From Candidatus Competibacteraceae bacterium (GTDB lineage Bacteria; Pseudomonadota; Gammaproteobacteria; Competibacterales; Competibacteraceae), in assembly GCA_049288935.1 (NCBI GenBank), contig JBAQIQ010000079.1, positions 4,339-68,338 of the forward strand: a DNA stretch of 64,000 nucleotides, in the 5' to 3' direction. Below are positions 1-8,191 of the stretch, piece by piece; position 1 is the stretch's first letter; the number at the start of each line of letters is the position of its first letter. Below the pieces are notes generated by a model. The model did no database searches. It was not told the DNA's origin and saw nothing but the letters and a program-made list of their open reading frames with translations. Made by a program: the position numbers and the translations under genes.

Positions 1-269
1 CGACCGACATCGAACGGCACCGTGTCCGTATGACCGGCCAGCACCAACCCACCCGGCCCACGGCCCAGCGTGGCGATCAGGTTAGCCTTGCCTGGCCAAC
101 CCGGCAGCGGTTCGATTCGCACAGCAAAACCGGCGTCTTCCAGCCAGGTTGCTAACCAGTCAATCACTGGCCGATTGCTCTGGTCAAATTGTGGGGACAC
201 ACTGCTCACCGAAGGTGTAGCGATCAATTGACGAATGCGTTCCAACAGTAGGGATGAAGGACTTGACAT
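1..269 (-). CDS. argE: acetylornithine deacetylase (M20 family), N-terminal part; the gene runs off the left edge
   Basis: Reverse-strand translation from the ATG at 269 gives MSSPSSLLLERIRQLIATPSVSSVSPQFDQSNRPVIDWLATWLEDAGFAVRIEPLPGWPGKANLIATLGRGPGGLVLAGHTDTVPFD. This matches the ArgE N-terminus, including the AGHTDTVP metal-ligand region. It is absent from the ORF track because it is open at the window edge. Confidence 0.8.
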   Translation of the reverse strand, partial: MSSPSSLLLERIRQLIATPSVSSVSPQFDQSNRPVIDWLATWLEDAGFAVRIEPLPGWPGKANLIATLGRGPGGLVLAGHTDTVPFDVG

Positions 270-430
270 GATGATTTTTACTAGCGATGGCGGCTGATAC
301 AGGCGATAATAACAATATTCGTTAATTGGTATCGTGCGCTTATCCCTGACTGCCGTTCCCAAGCCGTTTCGCCCATTCCTCTTCGCTTTGTCCCGATGAA
401 TCCCCGCCTGTGGAATTGCCCTAAACCGTC

Positions 431-1558
431 ATGCTGCGCCACGCCATTCTGGATGATCTGCCGGCCCTGCTGGCCATTGAAAACCACTGTTTCAACACAG
501 ATCGACTTTCCCGCCGCAGCTTCCGCCACCTGCTAACCCAAGGTAACGCTGTTACTCTGATCGAGGAAGAGGCGCAGCGAATCAGCGGCTATGTGTTGTT
601 ACTGTTCTCACGCGGCACATCCATGGCCCGGTTATATTCCATCGCCGTCCATCCCGACTTCGCTCAATGTCGAATCGGCGACCGTCTGCTGGAAGCGGCG
701 GAAGTCGCGGCGCTGGAGCGCGATTGCGTATCGATGCGACTGGAAGTACGGCGCGACAATTCCCCCTCGCTCAAACTGTTCCATCGCCACGGCTACCGTC
801 CATTCAAGGAAGTGTTGGACTATTACGAAGACCACATGGCGGCGCTACGCTTTGAAAAGCGCCTGGCGCCACAACTGGAACTTGACCGGGTCAAAGTACC
901 GTACTACCCGCAAACGCTCGATTTCACCTGCGGGCCTGCGGCGCTGATGATGGCGATGAAGGCGCTGGACCCGGCGCTCGAACTGAACCGCAAGCTGGAG
1001 CTGCGGTTGTGGCGTGAGGCCACCACGATTTTTATGACCTCCGGCCACGGCGGTTGTGGTCCCTACGGGCTGGCGTTATCTGCCCACCGGCGCGGTTTCG
1101 ATCTGGAAATCCACGTCAATGAAGATGGAACATTCCTGGTCGACTCGGTGCGTAGCGTGGAGAAAAAGGAAGTCATGCGTCTCGTGCAGGAGGACTGGAT
1201 TGAAGAGTTACGCCAGTTGCCGGTCATATTGCGTTGCGGCAGCCTGGGCGTCGATGAATTGCGGCAAAAATTCGAGGCCGGTGGCATTCCTTTAGTGCTG
1301 ATCAGTTCCTACCGCATCTATGGCGAACGCTTCCCGCATTGGGTCGTGGTCACCGGCTTCGATGACCATTACATCTATGTCCATGACCCGCTGGTCGATA
1401 CTGAGAAAGGCCAAACCACCACCGACTCGGTCAACATGCCCATCCCGCACCGCGAATTCCAGCGCATGGCCCGCTATGGCAAAGCCGCGCAAAAAGCGGT
1501 GCTTATTCTCTACCGATCCAACCGCCGGATAGAACCGGCGGCGCCATCACTGTCTTAA
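431..1558 (+). CDS. GNAT N-acetyltransferase fused to a peptidase C39-like (papain-fold) domain
   Basis: The N-terminal ~145 aa are GNAT-like (LLAIENHCF..., RLYSIAVHPDFAQCRIGDRLLEAAE). The C-terminal half carries a C39-type catalytic Cys (LDFTCGPAALMMAM) and His/Asp (FPHWVVVTGFDDHYIYVHDP). Confidence 0.75.
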   Translation: MLRHAILDDLPALLAIENHCFNTDRLSRRSFRHLLTQGNAVTLIEEEAQRISGYVLLLFSRGTSMARLYSIAVHPDFAQCRIGDRLLEAAEVAALERDCVSMRLEVRRDNSPSLKLFHRHGYRPFKEVLDYYEDHMAALRFEKRLAPQLELDRVKVPYYPQTLDFTCGPAALMMAMKALDPALELNRKLELRLWREATTIFMTSGHGGCGPYGLALSAHRRGFDLEIHVNEDGTFLVDSVRSVEKKEVMRLVQEDWIEELRQLPVILRCGSLGVDELRQKFEAGGIPLVLISSYRIYGERFPHWVVVTGFDDHYIYVHDPLVDTEKGQTTTDSVNMPIPHREFQRMARYGKAAQKAVLILYRSNRRIEPAAPSLS

Positions 1559-1598
1559 CCTTCCATTTTCGCGGCGTCAGGAGCGCCGATTCACCCCG

Positions 1599-3080
1599 AT
1601 GGCCGATCACATCATTCTGGTGGAAAACCCCACCGACTGGAAAACCCATTTCCCCAAACTACCCGTCGTCGCCGCCAAGGATTATCTGGCCAAGCCGGAA
1701 TATTCCGCTGCCGGGCGCAGCCTGCGGGTATTGAACCTGTGCCGTAGCTACCGTTATCTGAGCGTCGGTTACTACTGCTCGCTGCTGGCCGAAGCCCGCC
1801 GTCACCGGGTCATCCCCAGCGTGCGCACCCTCAACGACCTCAGCCGCAAGTCGATCTACAGTCTGGATATCGAAGATCTGGACGACCATGTTCAGCAAGT
1901 GTTGGGCAAACCTCGACCCGGTTTCAACGCGACAGCATTTGAACTGGATATTTTCTTTGGCCAATGCGCGGTCAAGGAACTCCAAGAGTTGGCCCGGCAA
2001 CTGTTCGATGCCTTCCGCTCACCATTGCTGCGGGTGGAATTCCGACTCCAGGGCAAATGGCGCATCGCCACACTCAAGGCTCTGCATCTCCACTCGCTGT
2101 CCGCCGAGCAGGACGATATGTTTCTGGGCGCACTGGCGACCTATCTCAGCCGGCGCTGGCGGCAACCTCGGGCACGCAGTAATTACCGCTATGACCTGGC
2201 GATCCTGCACAACCCCAAGGAATCGATGCCACCCTCCAACATCAAAGCCCTGCAACGATTTATCAAGGCCGGTCGTGAAAGAGGCGTAAACGTCGAGTTG
2301 ATCGAGAAGAAGGATTATGGCCGGTTGGCCGAATTCGATGCCCTGTTCATCCGCGAAACCACCGGCATCGACCACTACACCTATCAATTCGCCAAAAAAG
2401 CGGAAAGTGAAGGCATGGTGGTAATCGACGATCCCGACTCCATCCTGAAATGCACCAACAAGGTCTATCTGGATGAATTACTGCGGATGCATCGTATCCG
2501 CACCCCAAAAACCGTTATCGTCCGCCGCGACAACCTGGAACGAGTCGATAGCGAAATTTCTTACCCTATTGTTCTGAAGATTCCCGACGGTTCTTTCTCC
2601 CGAGGCGTCTTCAAAGTCGGCAACCGTGCTGAACTCCTGGATATGGCTGGCAAACTGTTCAAATCCTCCGATTTGCTGCTGGCTCAGGAATTTCTCTACA
2701 CCGAATTCGACTGGCGGGTGGGGATTCTCAACAAGACCCCCCTGTTTGTCTGTCAATACTTCATGTCCGGAGAACACTGGCAAATCTATCATCACGAACC
2801 GGGTCAGGGGCGCGGCATCCGCGAAGGCGACGCCAAAACCTTCCGGATCGAGGAGGCGCCGGAAATTGTCGTCAAAACCGCCGCCAAAGCAGCCAATCTG
2901 ATCGGCAATGGTTTTTACGGAGTGGATTTGAAGCAAACGGCTAAAGGCGTGGTAGTCATTGAGGTCAACGACAATCCCAACATCGATCATGGCGTTGAAG
3001 ATGTCGTTCTCAAGGAAACGCTGTACCAGAAGATCATCGAGGATTTCGTCTGGCGGCTGGATCGGAAACGGGGGAAGTGA
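1599..3080 (+). CDS. RimK-family ATP-grasp ligase with an ~190-aa N-terminal extension (RLAN-like)
   Basis: The C-terminal half is ATP-grasp/RimK-like (VVIDDPDSILKCTNKVYL, YPIVLKIPDGSFSRGVFKV, LLAQEFLYTEFDWRVGIL, FYGVDLKQTAKGVVVIEVNDNP). It lies 40 nt downstream of the GNAT/C39 gene. Confidence 0.75.
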   Translation: MADHIILVENPTDWKTHFPKLPVVAAKDYLAKPEYSAAGRSLRVLNLCRSYRYLSVGYYCSLLAEARRHRVIPSVRTLNDLSRKSIYSLDIEDLDDHVQQVLGKPRPGFNATAFELDIFFGQCAVKELQELARQLFDAFRSPLLRVEFRLQGKWRIATLKALHLHSLSAEQDDMFLGALATYLSRRWRQPRARSNYRYDLAILHNPKESMPPSNIKALQRFIKAGRERGVNVELIEKKDYGRLAEFDALFIRETTGIDHYTYQFAKKAESEGMVVIDDPDSILKCTNKVYLDELLRMHRIRTPKTVIVRRDNLERVDSEISYPIVLKIPDGSFSRGVFKVGNRAELLDMAGKLFKSSDLLLAQEFLYTEFDWRVGILNKTPLFVCQYFMSGEHWQIYHHEPGQGRGIREGDAKTFRIEEAPEIVVKTAAKAANLIGNGFYGVDLKQTAKGVVVIEVNDNPNIDHGVEDVVLKETLYQKIIEDFVWRLDRKRGK

Positions 3081-3083
3081 GCC

Positions 3084-3121
3084 AGTAGCGAGCAGGAAAA
3101 GCTCACGTCCTGTTCGCTACT
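3084..3121. terminator. bidirectional stem-loop terminator between convergent genes (RimK-like and HiPIP)
   Basis: AGTAGCGAGCAGGA (3084-3097), a 10-nt loop, then TCCTGTTCGCTACT (3108-3121). This is a 14-bp stem with one G:U-type mismatch, sitting exactly in the 51-nt gap between two convergent stop codons. Confidence 0.6.
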
Positions 3122-3131
3122 CATTAGAAAA

Positions 3132-3461
3132 TCAGGCAGGTTTCTTAGCCCAGGCGGTACACCAGCCGTTGGTGGCGACCAGCTTGCCCTGGAACAGGGT
3201 GCAGGGACCGCCCGCTTCGCCGGCTTTGCCCGTGTAGAAATTGCAGTTGCTACACAGCGCCGTTGCGTCCTTGCGCTCGGCTGCCTTGGTGGCGTCGGCC
3301 TTGTATTTCAACGCTACTGCTGTCGGATCAGACTCGCTGATCAAATCGGCAGCGCGGGCGGTTCCGCTGAGCAGCGCATGGGCAAACGGCGCAGCCGCCA
3401 GACCGATAGCGGTCATCCTGATAAAACGACGGCGGTTGTTGTCAGGAGCATGATCATTCAT
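3132..3461 (-). CDS. hip: high-potential iron-sulfur protein (HiPIP), Tat-exported
   Basis: Twin-arginine signal (NNRRRFIRMTAIGLAAAPFAHA). The C-terminal Cys pattern CSNCNFY...GPCTLF...GWCTAWAKK is typical of HiPIP. The start is set at the second ATG (3461), which follows a GAGGA; the ORF extends to 3482. Confidence 0.85.
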   Translation of the reverse strand: MNDHAPDNNRRRFIRMTAIGLAAAPFAHALLSGTARAADLISESDPTAVALKYKADATKAAERKDATALCSNCNFYTGKAGEAGGPCTLFQGKLVATNGWCTAWAKKPA

Positions 3462-3574
3462 GATGGTTTCCTCGAAAGTCATTATGCCGTTGTAGGTTTA
3501 GCGCCCGCAAAATAAACCGGTGCGAACAGCAAAATCATATCACGCACGCTTGATCCATCGATTGAGATTCAGCA

Positions 3575-5995
3575 ATGACCATAACGAAAAATTCCCCCTG
3601 GCGACGCCGAACCCTGCGGGTCAGCGGCGTCATGCTGGCGCTGCTAGCCAGTGTGGCTATCGGACTCTACCTCCTGCTACGCGGCAGCCTGCCGCTACTG
3701 GATGGCACTGCGACACTGGCGGGACTGAGCGCACCGGTCGCTATCGAGCGCGATGCACTGGGCGTTTCCACGATTCGCGGCGCAAACCGGCTGGATATCG
3801 CCCGCGCGACCGGCTTTATTCATGCCCAGGAACGCTTCTTTCAGATGGATTTAACGCGACGCCGGGCAGCAGGCGAACTCGCCGAACTGTTCGGCGCGGC
3901 AGCGCTGGAGCTGGACCGAACCAACCGCCTGCACCGTTTCCGGCATCGCGCCCGGCACGTATTGGCTCTGGCGCCGCCCGAAGACCAGGCGTTGATCGCT
4001 GCCTACACCGAGGGCGTCAATGCGGGGCTTGCCGCGCTGTCAGTATCGCCATTTGAATACCTGCTGCTGCGAATGCCCCCGCAGCCTTGGCGACCGGAGG
4101 ACACGGCACTGGTCATCTACGCCATGTATCTGGATCTTCAGGAGCGACAATGGCCGCAGGATTCAGCGCGCGGGCTGCTCCGCGACCGGCTGCCGCCCGC
4201 GCTTGCCGAGTTCCTTGATCCGGTCGGAACTGAATGGGACGCGCCGTTGCAAGGGGAACCGCTCGCCACCCTTCCGCCGCCTGGCCCGGAAGTCTTTAAC
4301 GCAACCATTCCCAACCCCCGACCCCCGCTCCCTCAAGGAGAAAGAGGAGCTTTCCTTGATTCCGACTCAACCGATTCGCCACGAGGCAGCAATCATTGGG
4401 CGGTGGCCGGACAGTTAACCGCTCACGGTGGAGCGATGCTGGCCAATGACATGCACCTGATGCTGCGCGTCCCTAATATCTGGTACCGGGCGACCTTCAT
4501 TTATCTTGACGCCAATGGCCGCGAACGACGCATCTCCGGAGTCACTTTGCCCGGTACACCGGCTCTGGTCGCCGGCAGTAATGGCCATCTCGCCTGGGGC
4601 TACACCAACAGTGAAGGCGATTGGGCCGATCTGGTATTGCTAGAGTCCGGCGACAACCGCACCACCTACCAGACGCCGGAGGGACCGCGTCCTTTCCAGA
4701 CCCTCCAGGAAACCATCAAGGTTAAAGACCGCCCCACCGAAGCACTGGAAATTCTGGAAACAATCTGGGGGCCGGTGCTGGATCGTGATCATCAGGGACG
4801 CCTGCGAGCGTTACGCTGGGTCGCGCACGATCCTCAAGCCGTCAACCTGAAACTGATGGAGCTGGAAGCCGCGCAAACACTGGAAGCAGCGCTTGTTATC
4901 GCCCATCACTCCAAAGCGCCGGCGCAGAATCTCCTGCTGGCCAGCGCTGATGGTCGCATCGCCTGGACCCTGACCGGCCCTATCCCGCGCCGTTTCGGTC
5001 ATAACGGTCGCCTGCCGTCTTCCTGGGCCGATGGTCAGCGCGGCTGGTCGGGTTGGCTGGAGCCAGCCGACTATCCAAGGATTGTCGATCCCCCTGGGGG
5101 CCGGCTCTGGACTGCCAATGGTCGGGTCGTAGCCGGAAGATGGCTGGAGGTCATTGGTGAGGGCAGCTATGCGCTCGGCGCCCGCGCCCGGCAAATCCGC
5201 GATGGGCTGCTGGCCCGTGAACGGTTTACCGAAGCGGATTTTCTGGCGCTGCAACTCGACAACCGGGCATTGTTTCTGGAACGCTGGCGGGAGTTACTGC
5301 TGGCGACCTTAACCCCGGAGCGACTGCGCGCTGATCCCCAACGTGCGGTCTTGCGGGCCTTCGTCGTGGACTGGGGTGGTCGGGCGGCGGTCGATTCCGT
5401 CGGCTACCGGGCTGTGCGCACTTTTCGCCTGGCGGTGCGGGAGCGGGCGTTTGCGCCATTGATTGCTGCTTGCCAGCAGGCCGATCCCCGCTTCGACTAC
5501 GGCTCATTCCGGCAACACGAAGGGCCGTTATGGCAACTGGTTTCTCGGCAACCACCACATCTGCTCGACCCACGCTATCCCGATTGGTCGGCATTGCTAC
5601 AGGACGCGGTAGACGCGACGCTGGCAGAACTGACAGCCGATGGGCGGCCCCTGGCGACCAAAACTTGGGGCGACGGCCAGCCCATCCGCATCCAGCATCC
5701 CTTCAGTCGCGCTCTGCCCTGGCTGAGCGGCTGGCTGGACATGCCCACCCAGGCGCTGCCAGGCGATTTGTATATGCCACGAATCCAGACCCCCACCAAT
5801 GGCGCGTCAGAACGGCTGGTCGTCGCGCCGGGTCGGGAAGCTTCGGCGATTCTGCATGCTCCCGGTGGGCAAAGCGGCCATCCCCTGTCGCCCTATTATC
5901 GCGCTGGGCATGATGCCTGGACCACGGGTCGCCCGACGCCACTGGAACCCGGACCGATCCAACATCAACTCGCACTCCAGCCGGAACCGCGTTAA
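3575..5995 (+). CDS. penicillin acylase-family Ntn hydrolase (penicillin/acyl-homoserine-lactone acylase type, peptidase S45)
   Basis: 806 aa with an N-terminal membrane anchor or signal (VMLALLASVAIGLYLLL). GSNHWAVAG is consistent with the autoproteolytic Ser nucleophile at the beta-subunit N-terminus. Length and overall pattern fit the PvdQ/QuiP/Pac family. Confidence 0.75.
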   Translation: MTITKNSPWRRRTLRVSGVMLALLASVAIGLYLLLRGSLPLLDGTATLAGLSAPVAIERDALGVSTIRGANRLDIARATGFIHAQERFFQMDLTRRRAAGELAELFGAAALELDRTNRLHRFRHRARHVLALAPPEDQALIAAYTEGVNAGLAALSVSPFEYLLLRMPPQPWRPEDTALVIYAMYLDLQERQWPQDSARGLLRDRLPPALAEFLDPVGTEWDAPLQGEPLATLPPPGPEVFNATIPNPRPPLPQGERGAFLDSDSTDSPRGSNHWAVAGQLTAHGGAMLANDMHLMLRVPNIWYRATFIYLDANGRERRISGVTLPGTPALVAGSNGHLAWGYTNSEGDWADLVLLESGDNRTTYQTPEGPRPFQTLQETIKVKDRPTEALEILETIWGPVLDRDHQGRLRALRWVAHDPQAVNLKLMELEAAQTLEAALVIAHHSKAPAQNLLLASADGRIAWTLTGPIPRRFGHNGRLPSSWADGQRGWSGWLEPADYPRIVDPPGGRLWTANGRVVAGRWLEVIGEGSYALGARARQIRDGLLARERFTEADFLALQLDNRALFLERWRELLLATLTPERLRADPQRAVLRAFVVDWGGRAAVDSVGYRAVRTFRLAVRERAFAPLIAACQQADPRFDYGSFRQHEGPLWQLVSRQPPHLLDPRYPDWSALLQDAVDATLAELTADGRPLATKTWGDGQPIRIQHPFSRALPWLSGWLDMPTQALPGDLYMPRIQTPTNGASERLVVAPGREASAILHAPGGQSGHPLSPYYRAGHDAWTTGRPTPLEPGPIQHQLALQPEPR

Positions 5996-6025
5996 AGCCA
6001 GCGGTTTAATTTGAAGAGTCAAAGC

Positions 6026-7339
6026 ATGCGTTCTGATCAATTCGTTCAATGGTTTCGTCAAGCTGGACCTTATATCAACGCCCATCGCGACAAAACGTTC
6101 GTCGTGCTGTTAAGCGGTAGAGGGGTGGAAGCCGACAACTTCTCCAAGCTCATGCACGATCTTGCCTTGCTGCACAGTCTCGGCATTCGCCTGGTGCTGG
6201 CTCACGGCGCACGTCATCAAATCGAGGCGCGCTTGCGCGAAGTGGGCCGTGAGCTGCGTTACGCCAATGGATTACGCATCACCGAAGCCGAGGACTTGCC
6301 CAACATCAAACAGGCAGTCGGTCGGCTACGCATTCGCATCGAATCACGCCTGTCCATGGGGTTGACCAATTCACCCTTGCACGGCGCTCGGCTGCGCGTC
6401 GTCTCCGGCAACCTGATTACCGCCCAGCCGCTCGGCGTGCGCGATGGTGTCGATTACGGCTTCACCGGTGAAGTGCGACGCATTGATGATCGGGCCATCC
6501 GTCTGTGGCTGGACCAGGGCGCTATTGTGCTCCTGTCGCCGCTCGGCTATTCACCGACTGGGGAAATTTTCAACCTGAGCGCCGAAGACGTGGCGATGAC
6601 CGCCGCGATGGCGTTGCGGGCTGACAAGCTGCTGATACTGGCAAAGATTCCTGAATTGCGTGATGCCACAACCAACCGCCTCATCCGCGAACTCAGCCCC
6701 AGCGACGCCCAAAGACTGCTGGCTGAACACGCCGATTTGCCGAAAGGAACTATCCGCCATCTCCAGCAGGCCCTGCGTGCCTGCCAAGCCGGCGTGCGCC
6801 GCGTTCATCTGCTGAACCGGCAGGTGAACGGCGCCTTGCTGCTGGAGCTATTCACCCGCGACGGGGTGGGAACGCTGATCACCGCCGATATTTACGAAGG
6901 GTTGCGTCCCGCTGCCATCGACGATGTCGGCGGAATACTGGAGCTGATCCAGCCACTGGAGGAAGACGGGACGCTGGCGCGCCGCTCGCGGGAGCGGCTG
7001 GAAATGGAAATCGACCGTTTTATTCTGTTGGAGCGCGACGGCATGATCATTGGTTGCTCAGCGCTCTACCCCTTCCCGGAGGAGCGACTCGGTGAGTTGG
7101 CCTGCGTCGCTGTCCATCCCGATTATCGTAATAATGGCCGCGCCGATGCACTGCTGCGTTTCATTGAACGCCAAGCCCGGACGCAAGGCCTGAACCGACT
7201 GTTCGTGCTGACGACCCGTACCGCCCACTGGTTCCGTGAGCGCGGCTTTGAACCCGCCGAAGTGGCTGATCTGCCGGTGGGCAAGCAAACTCTGTATAAC
7301 TGGAAACGCCGTTCTAAAGTGTTCATAAAACCCTTGTAA
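6026..7339 (+). CDS. argA: amino-acid N-acetyltransferase (N-acetylglutamate synthase)
   Basis: FVQWFRQAGPYINAHRDKTFVV plus a kinase-like domain and a C-terminal GNAT domain (CVAVHPDYRNNGRADALL). About 437 aa from the ATG at 6026; the track ORF starts at a TTG at 6011. Confidence 0.9.
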   Translation: MRSDQFVQWFRQAGPYINAHRDKTFVVLLSGRGVEADNFSKLMHDLALLHSLGIRLVLAHGARHQIEARLREVGRELRYANGLRITEAEDLPNIKQAVGRLRIRIESRLSMGLTNSPLHGARLRVVSGNLITAQPLGVRDGVDYGFTGEVRRIDDRAIRLWLDQGAIVLLSPLGYSPTGEIFNLSAEDVAMTAAMALRADKLLILAKIPELRDATTNRLIRELSPSDAQRLLAEHADLPKGTIRHLQQALRACQAGVRRVHLLNRQVNGALLLELFTRDGVGTLITADIYEGLRPAAIDDVGGILELIQPLEEDGTLARRSRERLEMEIDRFILLERDGMIIGCSALYPFPEERLGELACVAVHPDYRNNGRADALLRFIERQARTQGLNRLFVLTTRTAHWFRERGFEPAEVADLPVGKQTLYNWKRRSKVFIKPL

Positions 7340-7374
7340 GCTATGCCCTCTCTTGATCTCCAAGGAATGCCGAT

Positions 7375-8142
7375 ATGCCAGTCACCGTTCCCCTGCGGGT
7401 TATTCAGATCAGTGACTTTCATCTTAAAAATCAGACCGGTAGCCGCTCGTGGGGCGTGGATGTAGACGCCGGTCTGAACGCAGTGCTGGAGCATATTCAA
7501 ACCCGGCATCCCCAACCCGATTTCGTGCTGGCGACTGGCGACCTGGTCGGCGACGACCCGGACGCTTATGGCCGGATACGCGACTTTCTGGAACGATTGG
7601 AAGTGCCGGTGTATTGCCTGCCGGGTAATCACGATTTTCCGGCGACCATGGGCCGAACGCTGCGCCATGGGCGAGTGCGACGGGAGCGTCATTTCGTCAT
7701 GGGTTCCTGGCAGTTCGTGCTGCTGGACTCCAGTTTTCCAAGCACGCCCGACGGGCATTTAGCCTATGGTGAACTGGCGCTGCTGGACACTGTGCTGGCG
7801 ACGCATCCTGATTTGCACACCGTAGTCTGCCTGCACCACAACCCGGTGCCGAGTCAGACCCCCTGGCTGGACACCATGACCGTCAGTAATGGCGACGCGC
7901 TGTTTGCGGTGCTGGACCGCTATCCCCAGGTGCGAGCCGTGGCTTGGGGACATCTTCATGCAGAGTTCACCGACCAGCGCCACTCGGTTCACTTGCTGTC
8001 CGCCCCAGCGACTTGCGTGCAGTTCAAACCACGCACCCCAGAACCCCAAGCCGATGATCTGCCGCCCGGCTACCGCTGGTTTGAACTCCATGCAGATGGC
8101 GCATTGCATACCGGGATCGAGCGGGTTAAGCCCCCGGTCTGA
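7375..8142 (+). CDS. cpdA: 3',5'-cyclic-nucleotide phosphodiesterase / metallophosphoesterase
   Basis: Calcineurin-like motifs are present: ISDFHL, GDLVGDD, GNHD, CLHHNP, GHLH. The size (255 aa) fits CpdA. Confidence 0.75.
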   Translation: MPVTVPLRVIQISDFHLKNQTGSRSWGVDVDAGLNAVLEHIQTRHPQPDFVLATGDLVGDDPDAYGRIRDFLERLEVPVYCLPGNHDFPATMGRTLRHGRVRRERHFVMGSWQFVLLDSSFPSTPDGHLAYGELALLDTVLATHPDLHTVVCLHHNPVPSQTPWLDTMTVSNGDALFAVLDRYPQVRAVAWGHLHAEFTDQRHSVHLLSAPATCVQFKPRTPEPQADDLPPGYRWFELHADGALHTGIERVKPPV

Positions 8143-8191
8143 TCTAATGACCTCACCTGGCGCATTCCGAGCTGCTTTCCTCGCCCCATCG

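Noticed and set aside
300-335. Possible ArgR operator (ARG box) in the argE / GNAT divergent region (…GATAATAACAATATTCGTTAATTGG…).
   Set aside because: Only one half-site (ATTC) resembles the TNTGAATWWWWATTCANW consensus. The other half does not match, and there is no tandem second box.
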